Source: Octopus sinensis | Lineage: Eukaryota | Assembly: GCF_006345805.1 (NCBI RefSeq) | Contig: NC_043014.1 | Coordinates: 2,170,001 to 2,234,000, forward strand | Reading direction: 5' to 3' | Length of the DNA stretch: 64,000 bases | Shown here: positions 1 through 13,386 of the stretch, in pieces | How positions within the stretch are numbered: the first letter of the stretch is position 1 | How the letters are laid out: each line of letters starts with the position of its first letter | Translations under genes and position numbers: made by a program | Notes under the pieces: model-generated | Databases searched by the model: none | What the model was told of the DNA's origin: nothing | Seen by the model: the letters and a program-made list of their open reading frames with translations, nothing else

Positions 1-55
1 AAAATAAATAAATAGTTACCAGGGCAGCAAAAATCTCACAAGTAAAGATGTTGTA

Positions 56-433
56 AATCCATCATTTTTTGCTAAAATGTCGTATTGACGAGTTTCGTTT
101 TTTTTCACTTTCCCGAAGAGAAGATTGCATTGTTTATACCATTTATTCTTTTGAATAGTGTCAGTGTAATTTTCGAAACATGTGTCGAAAGTAAAAATAC
201 TTGTTTAAACCTGCGTTAACTCCATTTTTATTCATATATATATATATATATATAGGAATAAAAAATGGAGTCAACGCAGGTTTAAACAAGTATTTTTTCT
301 TTCTACATATGTTTCAAAAATTCCACTGATACTTATTCAAAAGAATAAAAGGTATAAACAATGCAATCTTCTCTTCGGAAAAGTGAAAAAACGAAACTTG
401 TCAATACGACATTTTAGCAAAAAATGATGGATT
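56..433. mobile_element. Fold-back / MITE-like element
   Basis: ~175-bp inverted arms (aatccatcattttt...actccattttta / taaaaaatggagt...aaaaatgatggatt) around a (TA)n spacer. Confidence 0.7.
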
Positions 434-935
434 CGTATAGCGATAGACAGAACGCTATTAATATTGTTTAAAAAAACGTTATATGATATAACGTCATAAG
501 TAGCTAACAGAAAGAGTAGGGATATTAATAGTGAATGTTAAATATAAAGGAAATTAAAGTCTAAACTATATATAATGATAGAGACTACTTATATGCACTA
601 AAAGTATGCTTTTGCCAATGCTTACATCTGTATGCTCGTTCTATAACCGTGTTTACTAGAGTATTTAGAAAAAATAATGAAAAATAGCTCAGAATTGCAG
701 AGAAGACAGAATTTCTTGCCTTTGCCATATGGTATCGAAATTGAGAGGATCAACCATTCCAAATGAAATTGTTCATTGTGGTCTTTTAAATTCCAAATCA
801 GTTTGCTGAGACCGGTACTATTCCGTTTATTTCTATCTCTAAATGTTGAGTAATGGATAGAAATTCTCTTAGATAACTCTAACGATGTGCTTCCAATGTA
901 AAATCGTATGTGTATATATATTTGCTATTTTTCAG

Positions 936-1208
936 TTGCTACCATAGCGTACACCTATGTGCCGCCTATGTGTGTCTGGTCATTTGGAATGGGCGAACAA
1001 AAAGCGGCAAGCTTGATATCGTTTGTTGGACTGTTTGCGATAATCGGCAATTTTTCTGTCGGTGTTCTTGTCGACCTGTTTCACATAAGCAGCAAGAGGA
1101 TCTTCGCCTTCAGTCTGTTCACCCTCTTTGTCATGATCTTATTGATTCCACACTGTAATAAATACGAATACATGGCTCCAGTCCTTTGTGTGTATGGAAT
1201 TACACTCG
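936..1208 (+). CDS. SLC16/MCT-family transporter paralogue A, TM7-TM10 exon (5' exons lie upstream of the window)
   Basis: ttttcag acceptor and G|GTATGT donor; 273 nt, phase 1-1; VATIAYTYVPPMCVWSFG...GNFSVGVLVD...VYGITL; same length as the paralogue B exon 12179-12451. Confidence 0.9.
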
Positions 1209-1289
1209 GTATGTTTTTGGAATCAATTTTCATTATTTCAGTTATTACTTACACCTAAACGTACGTTTTCTATAACATTACTTTCTACG

Positions 1290-2625
1290 TCTAGAACTTA
1301 ACCTAAAGATATATCCATGGCTTCAGTGTTTTAGGAACAGACTTTTTTCACGCTTCGGAGTCTACAGACTTTATTACCATTTATCTTGTGTTAAGGTCTT
1401 TCAAAGATCCTTCGTGTGATGTTATTAGCCAGCAGTTTTCTTTTCGATACTCGACTCAAAACCTTTCTTCTCTTCCGTGTGTAAATGTTTGAAAACAAGT
1501 GATGGTATGATTTTTCAAATCCCCCTTGAACATGGCACTTCAGTGTGGTGTCAAACATAGGATCGGTTGATTTAAGCACTGATACATTTGCGATGACGGA
1601 CCGCCACGTACCATTGATCGCATCCGAGGTAAGTTTGAATCGGAACTTTGCATGACGTCCACAAGAATCGTTCAGGAAGACCACGGCCATCAACCAGCCC
1701 TGCAAAAGGAAAACAAATTGCTGAAAACCCTCCGCTGAACCCCCAACAAATGGCTCATGAAAGAAGAAACCCAGAATCAAATTTTGAAGCGAGTTCATTG
1801 GAAATGCAACATTCAAACATTAATCCACGCTGTAAATAATGAGGACGATTCTGAGTGGAGAGATGAATTTTGTGAGTGAGATTTAGGCAGATGCGAGGAA
1901 CATGCAGCTTTTTCATCCAAAACTATTTGGTGCCATGAGGCTGGCTTTAAGTTAAGTAGTTCATTAACCGATACAATTACACCTCCTGGGCTCCTCAAAA
2001 TCTGTATGTTACTATAGAACACCGTGTGAACTTAATAAGGGTTACAGTGTGCTGTGGTATAACAGCGTTGGGTATCTTACAGTCATTCTTTTTATGATCA
2101 AATTGTCATTGGAGATGTTCAGCTAAACTTGCTGCCGTAATCCGACATTCCACGCGCGGAAGAGTTGTTTGGCGACGAAGAGATTTACTTTAAGCAAGAT
2201 GGAGACCCTCCCCCACTACTATCGTCATGCAAGGGTCAAGGGTCAATTGAGATGCAATTTTTCCAAACAGATGAATTGGGTACGAAGAGGCAGTGTTCAA
2301 TTCCCTTCACGTTCCCCCATACCTCACCCCCAATGGACTCCTTTTATGGGGATATCTCAAAGATAAGGTTTACGGCTCCAAACTTGCAACAGTCGATGAG
2401 TTGAAAGAAGAAATTGAAAGACAATGTCTCATAGCTTCAAATGAAATGATTCGTAACGCCATTGAATCCATTGGTCCGTTTGGAAAACGGTGGACGTCAG
2501 TTTGAACATTTGGAAACATGCATTTGTTCATTTAACCATCAATTTTGTTTCTAAATCAATAAACAATGCATTTATTGCCATTTAAAGAATGAGTACCTTA
2601 CTTTTGGTAGACACTCTGAGTGTAT
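1290..2625 (+). mobile_element. Degenerate Tc1/mariner-superfamily DNA transposon (ends approximate)
   Basis: Frame-broken transposase: TIDRIR.KFE, HDVHKNRSGRPRPSTSP (HTH region), IYFKQDG, PMD, LWGYLKDKVY...TVDELKEEIERQC. Confidence 0.75.
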
Positions 2626-2728
2626 ATATACTACATACACACATACAGACATACAAACACACGCTCACGCACACACACACGCACACACATACACACACAT
2701 ACATAATATATCTATATATCTATATCTA

Positions 2729-2844
<116 letters not shown>

Positions 2845-3704
2845 CGTATATGCATATTGTTTTGTGAAAACCAGTTTTTAGCGAAACAGTCCACAATTGC
2901 ATATCCATTGTGTTTTCAGTCTCATACACTTTAATTAGTTGACTGCATTTTAATTAGTTTGTAAACTTACGTAGGAATGAGGTCTGATATTCAATCGCTT
3001 CGCTTTAAAATTATTGCTGTTTCATTTATTGTATTTTGTAATAACAGCAGACTTCAAGTTAAGTTTCGAATCACTGCAGGTGTATTTGTTGTCGGTGCAT
3101 TGTTAACAGCATGCAAAACCATGATCTTTGACCAAGTTAGGGCTACATGGAAGACACCTTAGATACTTCGATTTAATGAGACAACTTGTAAATCAGACAA
3201 ACAGTAGTTATTCCATAGGGTCTTAAACAAGATGGTGATATATTGAAAACTGGGATAATTTCCGAATTTATAGAATTTTGTTCTGAAAGAATTGGCAAAA
3301 AAACCAGAATTCCTTTAAACTTCAAAAATAGAGAACAAACCAATAATCGCTTTGTTTACTAAAATTGATATTCTACAAGGCTTTCAAAGACATTTAAGGG
3401 TCCATAGGATCGTTGCATTTTCAAAGAATATGAATAGGAATTTCGTGTCTTCAGTCAAGCATGAAACTTGATAATAAACTCGAAGAAATTCCATTGAATA
3501 AATGAAGAATGAATGAAGAAATAAGTCTAAATATCAAGGAATATATAGCAAATTAAACAGACTAAGGGAAGGAAAGATAGATTTTCTGGACAATGATGTT
3601 AGACTGACGAACATTGTACAGAGATTTGGGTTTCTTAATGGGTAAAGAAATTGGATCTATGGGAGAACAAAATATTTTCTGAAGAAATAGGATTTATGTG
3701 TATA

Positions 3705-4079
3705 CTAGCAGTATCGCCCGGCGTTGCTCGGGTTTGTAAGGGAAATAACTATATAAACATTTTTAGAGATGTAAAGTATAATAGCCATCTCAATATGTTA
3801 CTGTAGCTTTTTACGTTCTGAGATTTCATAATAAATTTTTAGAGAGTTACTTCCCTTATATATGCCAAAAATGCATTAAAAATGGGAAAAATTGATGGTA
3901 AATTTTTTTTTAAATCGTAGACTCATCGTAGATGCGCGCTAATACCCAGAAGGGCTCGATATTAATCACGACTATAAGATACCCGGTTTTGGTTAAACTG
4001 CACCGCAAAATGTGGGAGTAGTTAGGAATCTAAATCGTAGGAGACAGACAGCACACAACCTCTCTTTTATATATAAAGA
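3705..4079 (-). mobile_element. Non-autonomous Helitron
   Basis: 5' A|TCTTTATATATAAAAG; 3' hairpin CCCGAGCAACGCCGGG followed by CTAG|T; inserted between A and T with no TSD. Confidence 0.75.
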
Positions 4080-4131
4080 TTATGTTATCAGATTGAGGAT
4101 GAATTCATATTTTATTCTTTGTTTGTTCCAG

Positions 4132-4257
4132 GATTTGCAGTCTCTCTCAGACTGGTCCTCACTACAGAAATAGTTGGGACAGAACAAACCACGAAAGCAT
4201 ACAGCATTTTAAGTTGCGCCTGTGGAATTTCATTTTTTGCTTCCCCTCCTACCTTTG
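4132..4257 (+). CDS. SLC16 paralogue A, TM10-TM11 exon
   Basis: ttccag / G|GTAAG; 126 nt, phase 1-1; GFAVSLRLVLTTEIVGTEQTTKAYSILSCACGISFFASPPTF; a 126-nt exon is also present in B and C. Confidence 0.92.
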
Positions 4258-4377
4258 GTAAGTTTATTGATTGTATTATTGCAGACGTTTCTATAAAGAA
4301 GGAAGCAGAAGAACGGATGAAGTATGGCCATAAATAACAGTCGATTTCTCTGTTAGAAAATATTTCCATATCTCTTT

Positions 4378-4600
4378 TCTCTTTTTTACTTGTTTCAGTC
4401 ATTTTGACTGCGGCCATGCTGGAGCACCGCCTTTAGTCGAGCAAATCGACCCCGGGACTTATTCTTTGTAAGCCTAGTACTTATTCTATCGGTCTCTTTT
4501 GCCGAACCGCTAAGTGACGGGGACGTAAACACACCAGCATCGGTTGTCACGCAATGCTAGGGGGACAGACACACAAACACACACATACATATATATATAT
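4378..4600 (-). mobile_element. tRNA-derived SINE family A, 3' half (split by a Penelope-like insertion)
   Basis: Matches the 3' halves of the full copies at 47902-48315 and 60627-61039. Confidence 0.8.
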
Positions 4601-6390
4601 AACGGGAAGCTTTATGAAAATAAACAAAAGACGAAGGCAGGTGGAAAACAAACGAACAATTGTATTAGTATGGCGCTCAGGAAATATAAATAAACAAGTC
4701 TTTAACGTTTCGAGCCTACGCTCTTCAACAGAAAGATACACAGAGAGAGAAAAACACAGAAAGAAGGAGAGAAAAAAAATGCGTGCAGTAGCTAACGAAT
4801 CAACATGGCGATCTGATTTCGGCCAGAGGTCAAAGATCAAACATGAGACGCGAGAGCGAAATAAGGGGAGATAATAGGGTTGATAAAAGGGTTGAGGGAC
4901 CAGCTAAAAGTGCGTGGGAGGGGTCTGGATGTGTGTATATATAGGGTTGGTGTATGTATTAGTATGTATAAGGGTGTGTGTGTGTGTGTGTGTGTGTGTA
5001 TGAGAGAGTATTAGTGCGTAATTGGGTCTGACGTGCGTATGTATGGGGTTGGTGTATGTATTAGTATGTATTAGTATGTATTAGTACGTATTGGTATGTA
5101 TAGGTATGTGTGTGTGTGTGTGAGAGAGTATAAGTGCGTATGCGGGGTCTGGACGTGTGTATGTATAGGGTTGGTGTAAGTATTAGTATGTACTAGTATG
5201 TATTAGTACGTATTAGTATGTATTAGTTGGTGTGTGTATTAGTATGGCACATCATATGTGATGTGATGTGTAAAGTCATGTGGTGTAGTGAGGAGAAGAG
5301 GGGGAGGGGGAGAAGGGGAGGGGAAGAAGAGGGGGAGGAGAAGGGGGAAGAGGAGAGGATGGGGGAGAAGGAAGGGGAGGAGGGGGATGAAGGAGGAAAG
5401 AGGGAGAGGGGAGAGAGAAAGGGAGAGAGGGAGGGAGGGAGCAGAGGGAAGGGGAAGAGGGAGGGAGAAAGAGGGAAGAAGGGAAGGGGAGTAGGGGTGA
5501 AAGGATGAAGGACTGAAGAAGTAGGGGTCGGGGGGAGAAAGGATAGGTGAGGAGGGGGGGAGAGGGGGGTTAGATGAGGAGGGGGGGAGAGTTGAGACCA
5601 AATGGCGTATAAGAGCGAAGAGAGAAGATTAATTCCTGTTCACGGCGCAAACGGGAATCCGGATGGCCTCTGTGTAAGGACAAACCGAACACAGATAGGT
5701 GTTGCAAGAGTGACCGGTGGAGCGGAAATGGCGTGAGACCGGTGTGTCGTTCGCAAGGTGGATGTCACGAAGGTTTTCCGCGAACCGGTCAGCCAAGCGG
5801 CGTCCCGTTTGTCCAATGTACAAGGAATTGCAGAGAGAGCAAGAGATGCAATAGATAATATTGCTGGAGGTGCAGGTGAAGGAGTGGATGATGGGATAGG
5901 GTCGATGGTGGGTGCTAGTGAGAGGCGGTGGGTGTTGGAGAGGTAAGGGCAAGTGCGGCAACGTGGGCGGGAGCAGGGGAACGAGCCGGGTTGGGAGGTA
6001 GGGTCAGGGAAGGAGCTATGGACCAAAAGGTCTCGAAGGTTGTGGGCTCTTTGAAAGAGGGGAGGGGTCGGTTAGGGAAGAGGTGAAGTGGACGGGTCGG
6101 ACTGGAGATGACGGAAAGCTCGAAGAATGGTGCGTTGGAGACGTAGGGTCGTGGGGTGGTAAGTGAGGGGAAAAGGGAGGCGGGAGACTACAGGGCGGGT
6201 TCGGGGAGAGAGAGCAGATACAACGGTCCACGGACCGTGCTCTGGCAAGGGCGGTGTGGATAGTGGTGAGGGGGTATCCACGTAGGGTGAAGTGGTGAGC
6301 CATACGTTGAGACTGAGTCTCAAAGTCATAGTCGTCACTACAGAGCCTACGTAGACGGAGGAATTGGGAATAGGGATGGAAAGCTTGGTG
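4601..6390 (-). mobile_element. Penelope-like retroelement, 3' portion with GIY-YIG endonuclease
   Basis: CSRPRCRTCPY and FTCTSSNIIYCISCSLCNSLYIGQTGRRLADRF...HFRSTGH at 5629-6026, plus RT C-terminal-like HFTLRGYPLTTIHTAL; frameshifted. Confidence 0.85.
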
Positions 6391-6550
6391 TGTTCATATA
6401 TACGACAGGCTTCTTTCAGTTTCCGTCTACCAAATCCACTCACAAGGCATTGGTCGGCCCGGGGCTATAGCAGAAGACACTTGCCCAAGATGCCACGCAG
6501 TGGGACTGAACCCGGAACCAAGCTACTTACCACACAGCCACTCCTGCGCC
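6391..6550 (-). mobile_element. SINE family A, 5' half (tRNA-like head)
   Basis: GGCGCAGGAGTGGCTGTGTGGTAAG...GGTTCAGTCCC A/B-box-like head on the minus strand. Confidence 0.8.
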
Positions 6551-7584
6551 TTCTTCTATTTCTTTCTTAAGGAAAATTAAATTATACATATGTTTTTAAT
6601 CTTGAAACCCGCTTTTAGTCCAATTCTTTGGGGAGCAAAAACATTATGATTGGTATTAATGTTATTAAATTGATCAACTTTGTATTTCATTCTTCCGGGT
6701 TCGAAATATAAGACTCGAATAATCCCAAGTAAAATACATTACTGAGAACGACGCTTGTAATTATTGAAATGAATGCAAATGTTTCTTGAGATTTCAACGC
6801 TTCACAGAGATTTTGAAGTGCAAAACGATTCATTACTAATCATATTACAAAAAAAGCCAATTTAAACGAATACGTAGGTGAATTTAAAAGCCAAAATGAA
6901 GGGGGAAATAGGTGACATGTTTTAATATGTGGATTTATAAACTTCGTTTCCTTAGTTTAGATAACAAAAGATACTTTAAAGTGGATTCATTTAAATAATT
7001 GGAACCAGTGTTTTGGTTTTCGTGTAAAATGCTTAAAATGTTCAGTCGGAGGGTGTACCCCATTGCACATTGTTGCAGCGCCTGTGTTTGACACCTTTGA
7101 GGTAATATACTGATGATAGAAGACATAGCAAACCTACTGTAGCAGAGACTAGAAGTAGGGACCGTAAAAAGTATTTGAGTAGTTAACATTACATTACCTA
7201 AAACTAAATTTATTAAATCGTGATTACATACTTCTACATAAGGTTGGAGTTGCTTCAGAAGCAAATATGATAAAATAATTTAAATCCTATTTCATTTACA
7301 GTTGTTGGTAAAGATATAAAATTCTGAATATTTGATACTTTACAGATAAAAGTATAAAATATTTACTGGGTGTCGCTTGCATTGTGAAAGAAATCGTTTT
7401 ATTAATGATAAAAAATGTGGTAACTGTTCATGAATTTTAAAACGAGACAGGGCTTCACAAAGGTATGTCTCATCACACACACATACATAGAAAGCACACA
7501 AAGACGGACAGGCAAGCACATAAATATACAGGATACGTACATACAGATGCACACACATACATATATACATACATGCATGTATAG

Positions 7585-7624
<40 letters not shown>

Positions 7625-7951
7625 GCACAAACAAACAAAAGGGAACGCAGTGTAAATAACGGACAGAGTCAAAACTATTGAAAAGGTTGCAAGACGCAAC
7701 GAAAATTTTAGGACAATAGAAATAAGAAAAAAAAGTGGAAATTTTACCGGTGAGTGTGTTAAATAATAAGGCACAATAAGAAAATGACTCTCCCCAGACA
7801 CAACAGGATTTTTGATAATTTTCTTAAAAAACAGAAAACAAGTTTTTGATTATATTCGTAATGTTTAATAACGTTGGGTGAAGTCAATCTATATAAACGA
7901 AATATATAATTACAATTTAATAACAAATGTTTTTTTTGTTTTGTATTTCAG

Positions 7952-8085
7952 GACTGGTTTTCGACACCACAAACTCATTTATGGCCGTTTACTTTGCTGG
8001 TGGAGCATGCGCATTGACTAGTTTAATTTTATTTTTGTTAATTGGCTGCCGGGATATATTTCATCAGAAACGTCTGAAGAAATAA
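7952..8085 (+). CDS. SLC16 paralogue A, last coding exon (TM12); absent from the ORF track
   Basis: tttcag acceptor; GLVFDTTNSFMAVYFAGGACALTSLILFLLIGCRDIFHQKRLKK then TAA at 8083-8085; G-x-x-Y/F-D-x-T MCT terminal motif. Confidence 0.88.
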
Positions 8086-8947
8086 ACTCTGATTTCTAAA
8101 GTGTCTTTACAGCTGTTTCATATTTATATTTTGTAAATTAATAACAGAAGACCATGGACCATCTGAGAGTGTTTGTCATTGAAGAGATCAAACGAGGTCG
8201 AAACAGCGGTATCTAATGATCTGAACAAGCTCCGGTGCTTTTAAAAATATACATCACTTTAAGAACTTCCCCGGTGACAAAATATTAAAGCAAGTGCTGT
8301 ATATATACTTGTTTATGCATTATGAATGTTACACACATATTATTTTAGATGTATACACCTTGAGCTAAGCAGATAATGTTTGCTGTAAAGTAAGCTGTAA
8401 TATGTATTCATTAAGTATGATAAAAAGAGCTACGAAATATTCCTAAAAATATTCGCTTCGTTTTTATGATACGTAAACATATTTTTAAGCATCTAATTCG
8501 TTTTAGTATTATTTTCATCGGTTTCATAAATATTTCCACGAGAAATAGTCGGGAGATATTATTCTTACATTAAATCTAAGACTTCTGGGATTTCTTTTAT
8601 AAATATACATTTAGCAGGATGCTCAGTGTAAGTCAGATGCTGTCTTTCCTGGTCTTTCACCCAGTTTACTGAAACACTACTTAAATCAAAACTATCGTCT
8701 CATTATTTAAACCTAAGCGACTGCTTACGTTCAGAGTTCAAACTCCACCGAGGTCGAACTTTGACTTTCATCCTTTTCAGGATGATAAAATGAGTTCGAT
8801 TTGAGCAATGGGGTCGATATAATCGGCTTACTTCTCTCTTCAAAATTGCAGGCCTTGTGCCAAGCTTAAGATTATTTAGATTTTTCTCCTTCACTCAGGT
8901 ATAGATTCTTTCATTCTTTCACTTGTTCCAGTCATTTAGACAGCGGT

Positions 8948-8991
<44 letters not shown>

Positions 8992-9360
8992 TGTGTGTGT
9001 GTGTACACGTATATATGTATTTATCACAACTAAATTTCATCCGCCGTTTAAACACTGATGCTTTCTGCCTTCCCACCATTATTTTTATTTTATATCATTA
9101 TACCTCATTGATTTTCTCACTGTTTACTTTTCAATTATTATTATTATTATTATTATTATTTGATAATGTGTCTATTTCCCTGATATATGTTTGTGAAAAC
9201 GTTCTTCACTTTTTCCTAGATAGATATTTCAAGAAATACCTTCTGGTGTTGTACCGTAGGCATCTCGGAAAGGGCTTCTCTCACCCGAAACAAAAAGGAC
9301 AGGCGTGACTCTGTTGTAAAATGTTTGCATCCTTTCCAACCACATTGTTTCGAGAATGAT

Positions 9361-9446
<86 letters not shown>

Positions 9447-9761
9447 GGGATACAGCAGAAAACACTTTCCAAAGGTGCCACACAGTGGAACTGAACCCGT
9501 AACCATGTGCTTGGGAATTGAACTATTTACCACAATACCACGTCATAATTTAGTGATGGAGTTAATGATACCTCGTAAATAGGTGCAATGGCTAATTTTT
9601 TCTTAGTCTACTTATCATATTTACAACTCGCTTTATGTGTGTATCCATGTGTATACACGCATGTGACGCAAAGTATATTTATGGGACAAATCCTCTAAAA
9701 AAGACAGTTTATAAAGAAATATAAATTTGGAACGAAACAGAAGCATCTTATAAAATATAAT

Positions 9762-9883
9762 TTATTTCATACAAAATTTATTACGTAAAGTTATTAACGA
9801 AATAAACACTAGTGCAAGAACGGCACAGGCTCCAGCTCCGTAGAACACAACCAGGAACGATCCGGTGATGTCATAAAACAGAC
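9762..9883 (-). CDS. SLC16 paralogue B, exon 8 (last, TM12); absent from the ORF track
   Basis: TTTTAG acceptor; GLFYDITGSFLVVFYGAGACAVLALVFISLITLRNKFCMK then TAA; 122 nt as in paralogue C. Confidence 0.9.
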
Positions 9884-10589
9884 CTAAAATGACAAATTAG
9901 ATTGTTTAAAGAATCACAGTTCCTGAAGACATTGTATCGATTTAATCAATACACGCATGGGGTATTATTTGAAGGACAATATCGTACGTTTTCATCATTA
10001 AAACTTGTAAATATTAAAGTCAATTGTTTTTAACGGGGAACTTGAAGTAGATAAAGCTATATATAATGGCGTGTAGCATATTGGGTTTAAGAACCCCTTG
10101 GATGGAAAAGAATGTCGAAGGCTGCTCTTCGGACACGAACCCACACCTTCTGTAAGCATGATTGATGTTCTAACCATCATATCAAAGCAACCCTTCGAAT
10201 ATTCCATTCATTTTAGAATCTATGTTCTCGTGAAAATTATAAAATGTTTACATTATAGGTATTAGGAGACTTTGAAAGATCGTAACAGCGGGCAGAATAT
10301 TTGGCTGGAAAATCTCTTGGGTAGAAGAAAGTAGAAAACTGCCTGTGTGACTCGAAACCGTATTTTCTCGATGAAATAACAGAAGTGAAACTAGAATTTT
10401 ATGGGAGTAAAATGTTGTTGTTTAGCTGTCTCCGAGAATTTCTGTGCTACATTGCATCACATATTCTTGTCTTTGATGCGTTGCAGCTAATGACAGTAGC
10501 AGTTGTATTTTCCAATATTGTGTTATTAAATATTTTTTAAACTGCTTACATTTGCTTTAATATTCAGATCTTTTATTAAGTATATTTAG

Positions 10590-11000
10590 GAAGTGTATGT
10601 ATTCCAGTAGTTGAAGCTCTTCTTAGCTCTAGAAGTCGCATTGTTTTGTCCCATTTTTAAAAGATCCGAATTCTTTCCACATTATATCGAATTCTTTGCC
10701 GTTGATTTCTTTAATTTCCAGATGTGACTTGAGAGTTTCTTGACGTTCTTCCTTCTTTTCCATATTTTCTGAGCGTAGCAGTGTGGTTATATTGTCTTTT
10801 GAACTTGCCTTTTGTCTTGCCTATATACAGGCTTTAGTTACTGTTAGATGTACGTCTATAGAAGCTAACCTCATCTTGGTACACAACCGCTTGTGTATCG
10901 CGGGACATACTTAGAGGAGCCTGGTTTGTGCAGCTGCGTGGGGATTCGATATTGTTCGTCTAACTCTTGTTATGATATTTTTTTCATATTCCTGGTTGAG
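10590..11000 (-). mobile_element. Degraded Penelope-like GIY-YIG remnant
   Basis: LYIGKTKGKFKRQYNH and HIWKLKEINGKEFDIMW in broken frames. Confidence 0.5.
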
Positions 11001-11265
11001 CTGTAAACGCTACGTCGCTTGAATAGTTTTCAGTATCTGTGGTTTGTAGGGAAGTGTTTATCTATTGATGCTAGAAAGCTTTTTCCTAAGCTAGACTTGA
11101 CGTTAATTGACAATGGAACTATAAACTATATAAGTGTACGTCTTCTCTTTGGGGAAAGGATTTTCAATACTAACAGAAACAAACAGCATAGAGAAGTACA
11201 TTGTATCGGTTATTTTCAATATTACATTACATAAACATATTGAAGAATAACTTTGACGAGCTTAC

Positions 11266-11391
11266 CAAAAAGAGGAGAGGAAACTAATCCTGCGATTCCG
11301 CTCGCGACACACAGAACACTGTATGCCTTTGTAGAATGTTCTAGACCAACGACTTCAGTGGTTAACACCAGTCTTAGTGATACGGTAAACC
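11266..11391 (-). CDS. SLC16 paralogue B, exon 7 (TM10-TM11)
   Basis: CTCCAG / G|GTAAG; 126 nt; GFTVSLRLVLTTEVVGLEHSTKAYSVLCVASGIAGLVSSPLF. Confidence 0.92.
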
Positions 11392-12178
11392 CTGGAGTAA
11401 ATGGAGAACGGTACAGCTTCAGAATGCCACACACAAACACACAAACACAAACATATATAGACAAATACACAAATATATTTGTGTGATTTTTGATAATAAC
11501 TGAAAGGAACTTCTACCCTCCAAACCTGTGTATATAATTCAAGAACGCATTTGTGTAAAATTGTGTTCTATTTGAAATGCTTGGTGATGGACTAACTTGT
11601 TAAGACAAAGATAATATATTGTAAAATAGCAGAATACTGAATTACATCTGACTTCAGACCAATATTTGATGGAGCTTTACATCCGCACATGTCGAGGGGT
11701 TTTAGTCAACTGTTATCAAAATTATTCCTTTTTTTTTTGCTTTCTTTTTGTATATCGTATAATTTTTTACTTTTTTTTTTGTCCTGCAAAATATCGAAAC
11801 CCATTTTTATGACATATTTATATTTACGAAGCATTCTGCTCCAGTGTTTTACTTTTCTCAACATTAATATGGAGAATTTCACGGCCGAGGTCGACTTTGC
11901 CTTTTATCCTTTCGGAGTCGATAAATTAAGTACCAGTTGAATACTGGGGTTGATCTAATCGACTGGCCCTAGTATCAACGATTTAACAAGTCCCAAAACT
12001 GCGGCCCTTCTGCGTGTGTTGGAGTACAGAGAATAAGTGATAATTACTAACTGCTAGATCGTTCAGAGTAGCACAACAGCGATGGGTTGCGCCTGTCGGG
12101 AGATGATGGCGATGGTGAATATACGAACATTACAATAAAATTCTAAAATGAATTGCGTTGAAAATGGTATAAACTTAC

Positions 12179-12451
12179 CGAGAGCAATACTGTAGATACA
12201 GACTACAGGAGCGATGTACTGGAAGGTATAACAGTATGGCATCAATATGATTGATACAGAGGATATTATCAGAGAGAAGATGTACAAGTTCTTGCTACGA
12301 AAGTGAAGCAGATCAACAAACACGCCAAGGAAGAGTTCACCGATTGTTGTGAATAATCCGAGAAGCGACATCAAAATGGCGGACTTCTTCTGAGTCATGC
12401 CAAACGACCAAACACAGAGAGGTGGCAAATACATTATCAAAGTTAGATTAA
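12179..12451 (-). CDS. SLC16 paralogue B, exon 6 (TM7-TM10)
   Basis: TTACAG / G|GTAAG; 273 nt; FNLTLIMYLPPLCVWSFG...GELFLGVFVD...IYSIAL. Confidence 0.92.
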
Positions 12452-12699
12452 CTGTAATAAAAATGAAAGAGAGAGAAAAAATGGTGAGAAAAAAGGGGAT
12501 GATACAGAGTTAAAGGGACAAAAAGGATGTCGGGAAGGAGATGAGTGAGAATAGAAACGGGCGGAACAAAATTTAATGAAGCTAAACGTCTATGGTCGAT
12601 GTATTAGTTGTTATTATTTTTGTTAGAAATGTCATTTAGTAATTTCATTTGGTTGATGTGAGACGTGTGTGAACAGAGATACACAAAAAAATTCAGACA

Positions 12700-13145
12700 T
12701 TATTTTCTACTCTCGGCACAAGAGCCCAAATTTTGAGGGCAGAGGGCCAGTTGATTAGATCGACCCCGGTACGCAACTGGTACTAAATTAACGCTAGAAG
12801 AAGCGTTAGCACACCGGACGAAATGCTTTGCGGTACTTCGTCTGCCGTTACGTTGTGAGTTCAAATTCCGCCGAGGTCGACTTTGCCTTTCATCCTTTCG
12901 GGGTCGATAAATTAAGTACCAGTTACGCACTGGGGTCGATGTAATCGACATAATACCTATGTTTGTCATTGTTTGTCCCCTCTATGTTTAGCCCCTTGTG
13001 GGTAATAAAAAAATAGGTACTAAATTTATCGACCCCGAAAGGATGAAAGGCAAAGTCGACCTCGGCGGAATTTGAACTCAGAACGCAGACTGATGAAATA
13101 CCACGATGGATTTCGCCCAGTGTGCTAACAATTCTGCCAGCTTGC
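12700..13145. mobile_element. Cluster of tRNA-derived SINE family B copies, including an inverted pair
   Basis: gagttcaaattccgccgaggtcgactttgcctttcatcctttcggggtcgataaattaagtacc and its reverse complement ~95 bp downstream. Confidence 0.85.
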
Positions 13146-13317
13146 CATCTTAGAAAAATCAGACTTTAATACAGAATGACTTTTCTCACAACCAAATATT
13201 TCTACAAATGTATCTGAATTTTCTTATATTTGAAATCATAGGAAATAGCTTTGTAGCATCAGTTTATTATAAACTGAAAACAACACCGCAGAGGAAACGA
13301 CGTAAGCTTAAGCAATA

Positions 13318-13386
13318 AACCGCGATAGTTGAATCACGATAGGTGAACCGCGATAGGTGAACCGCGATATGGTCAGGGATTACTGT
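13318..13386. mobile_element. Terminal fragment of a pogo/Tigger-like MITE
   Basis: Tandem ccgcgataggtgaa units ending in gggattactg-TA. Confidence 0.4.

Noticed and set aside
1391-1816. 141-aa minus-strand ORF that looks like a real protein
   Set aside because: It is the antisense shadow of the + strand Tc1/mariner transposase remnant.
6935-7264. 109-aa minus-strand ORF in a paralogue A intron
   Set aside because: I recognised no domain or splice context; it is probably a decayed repeat.
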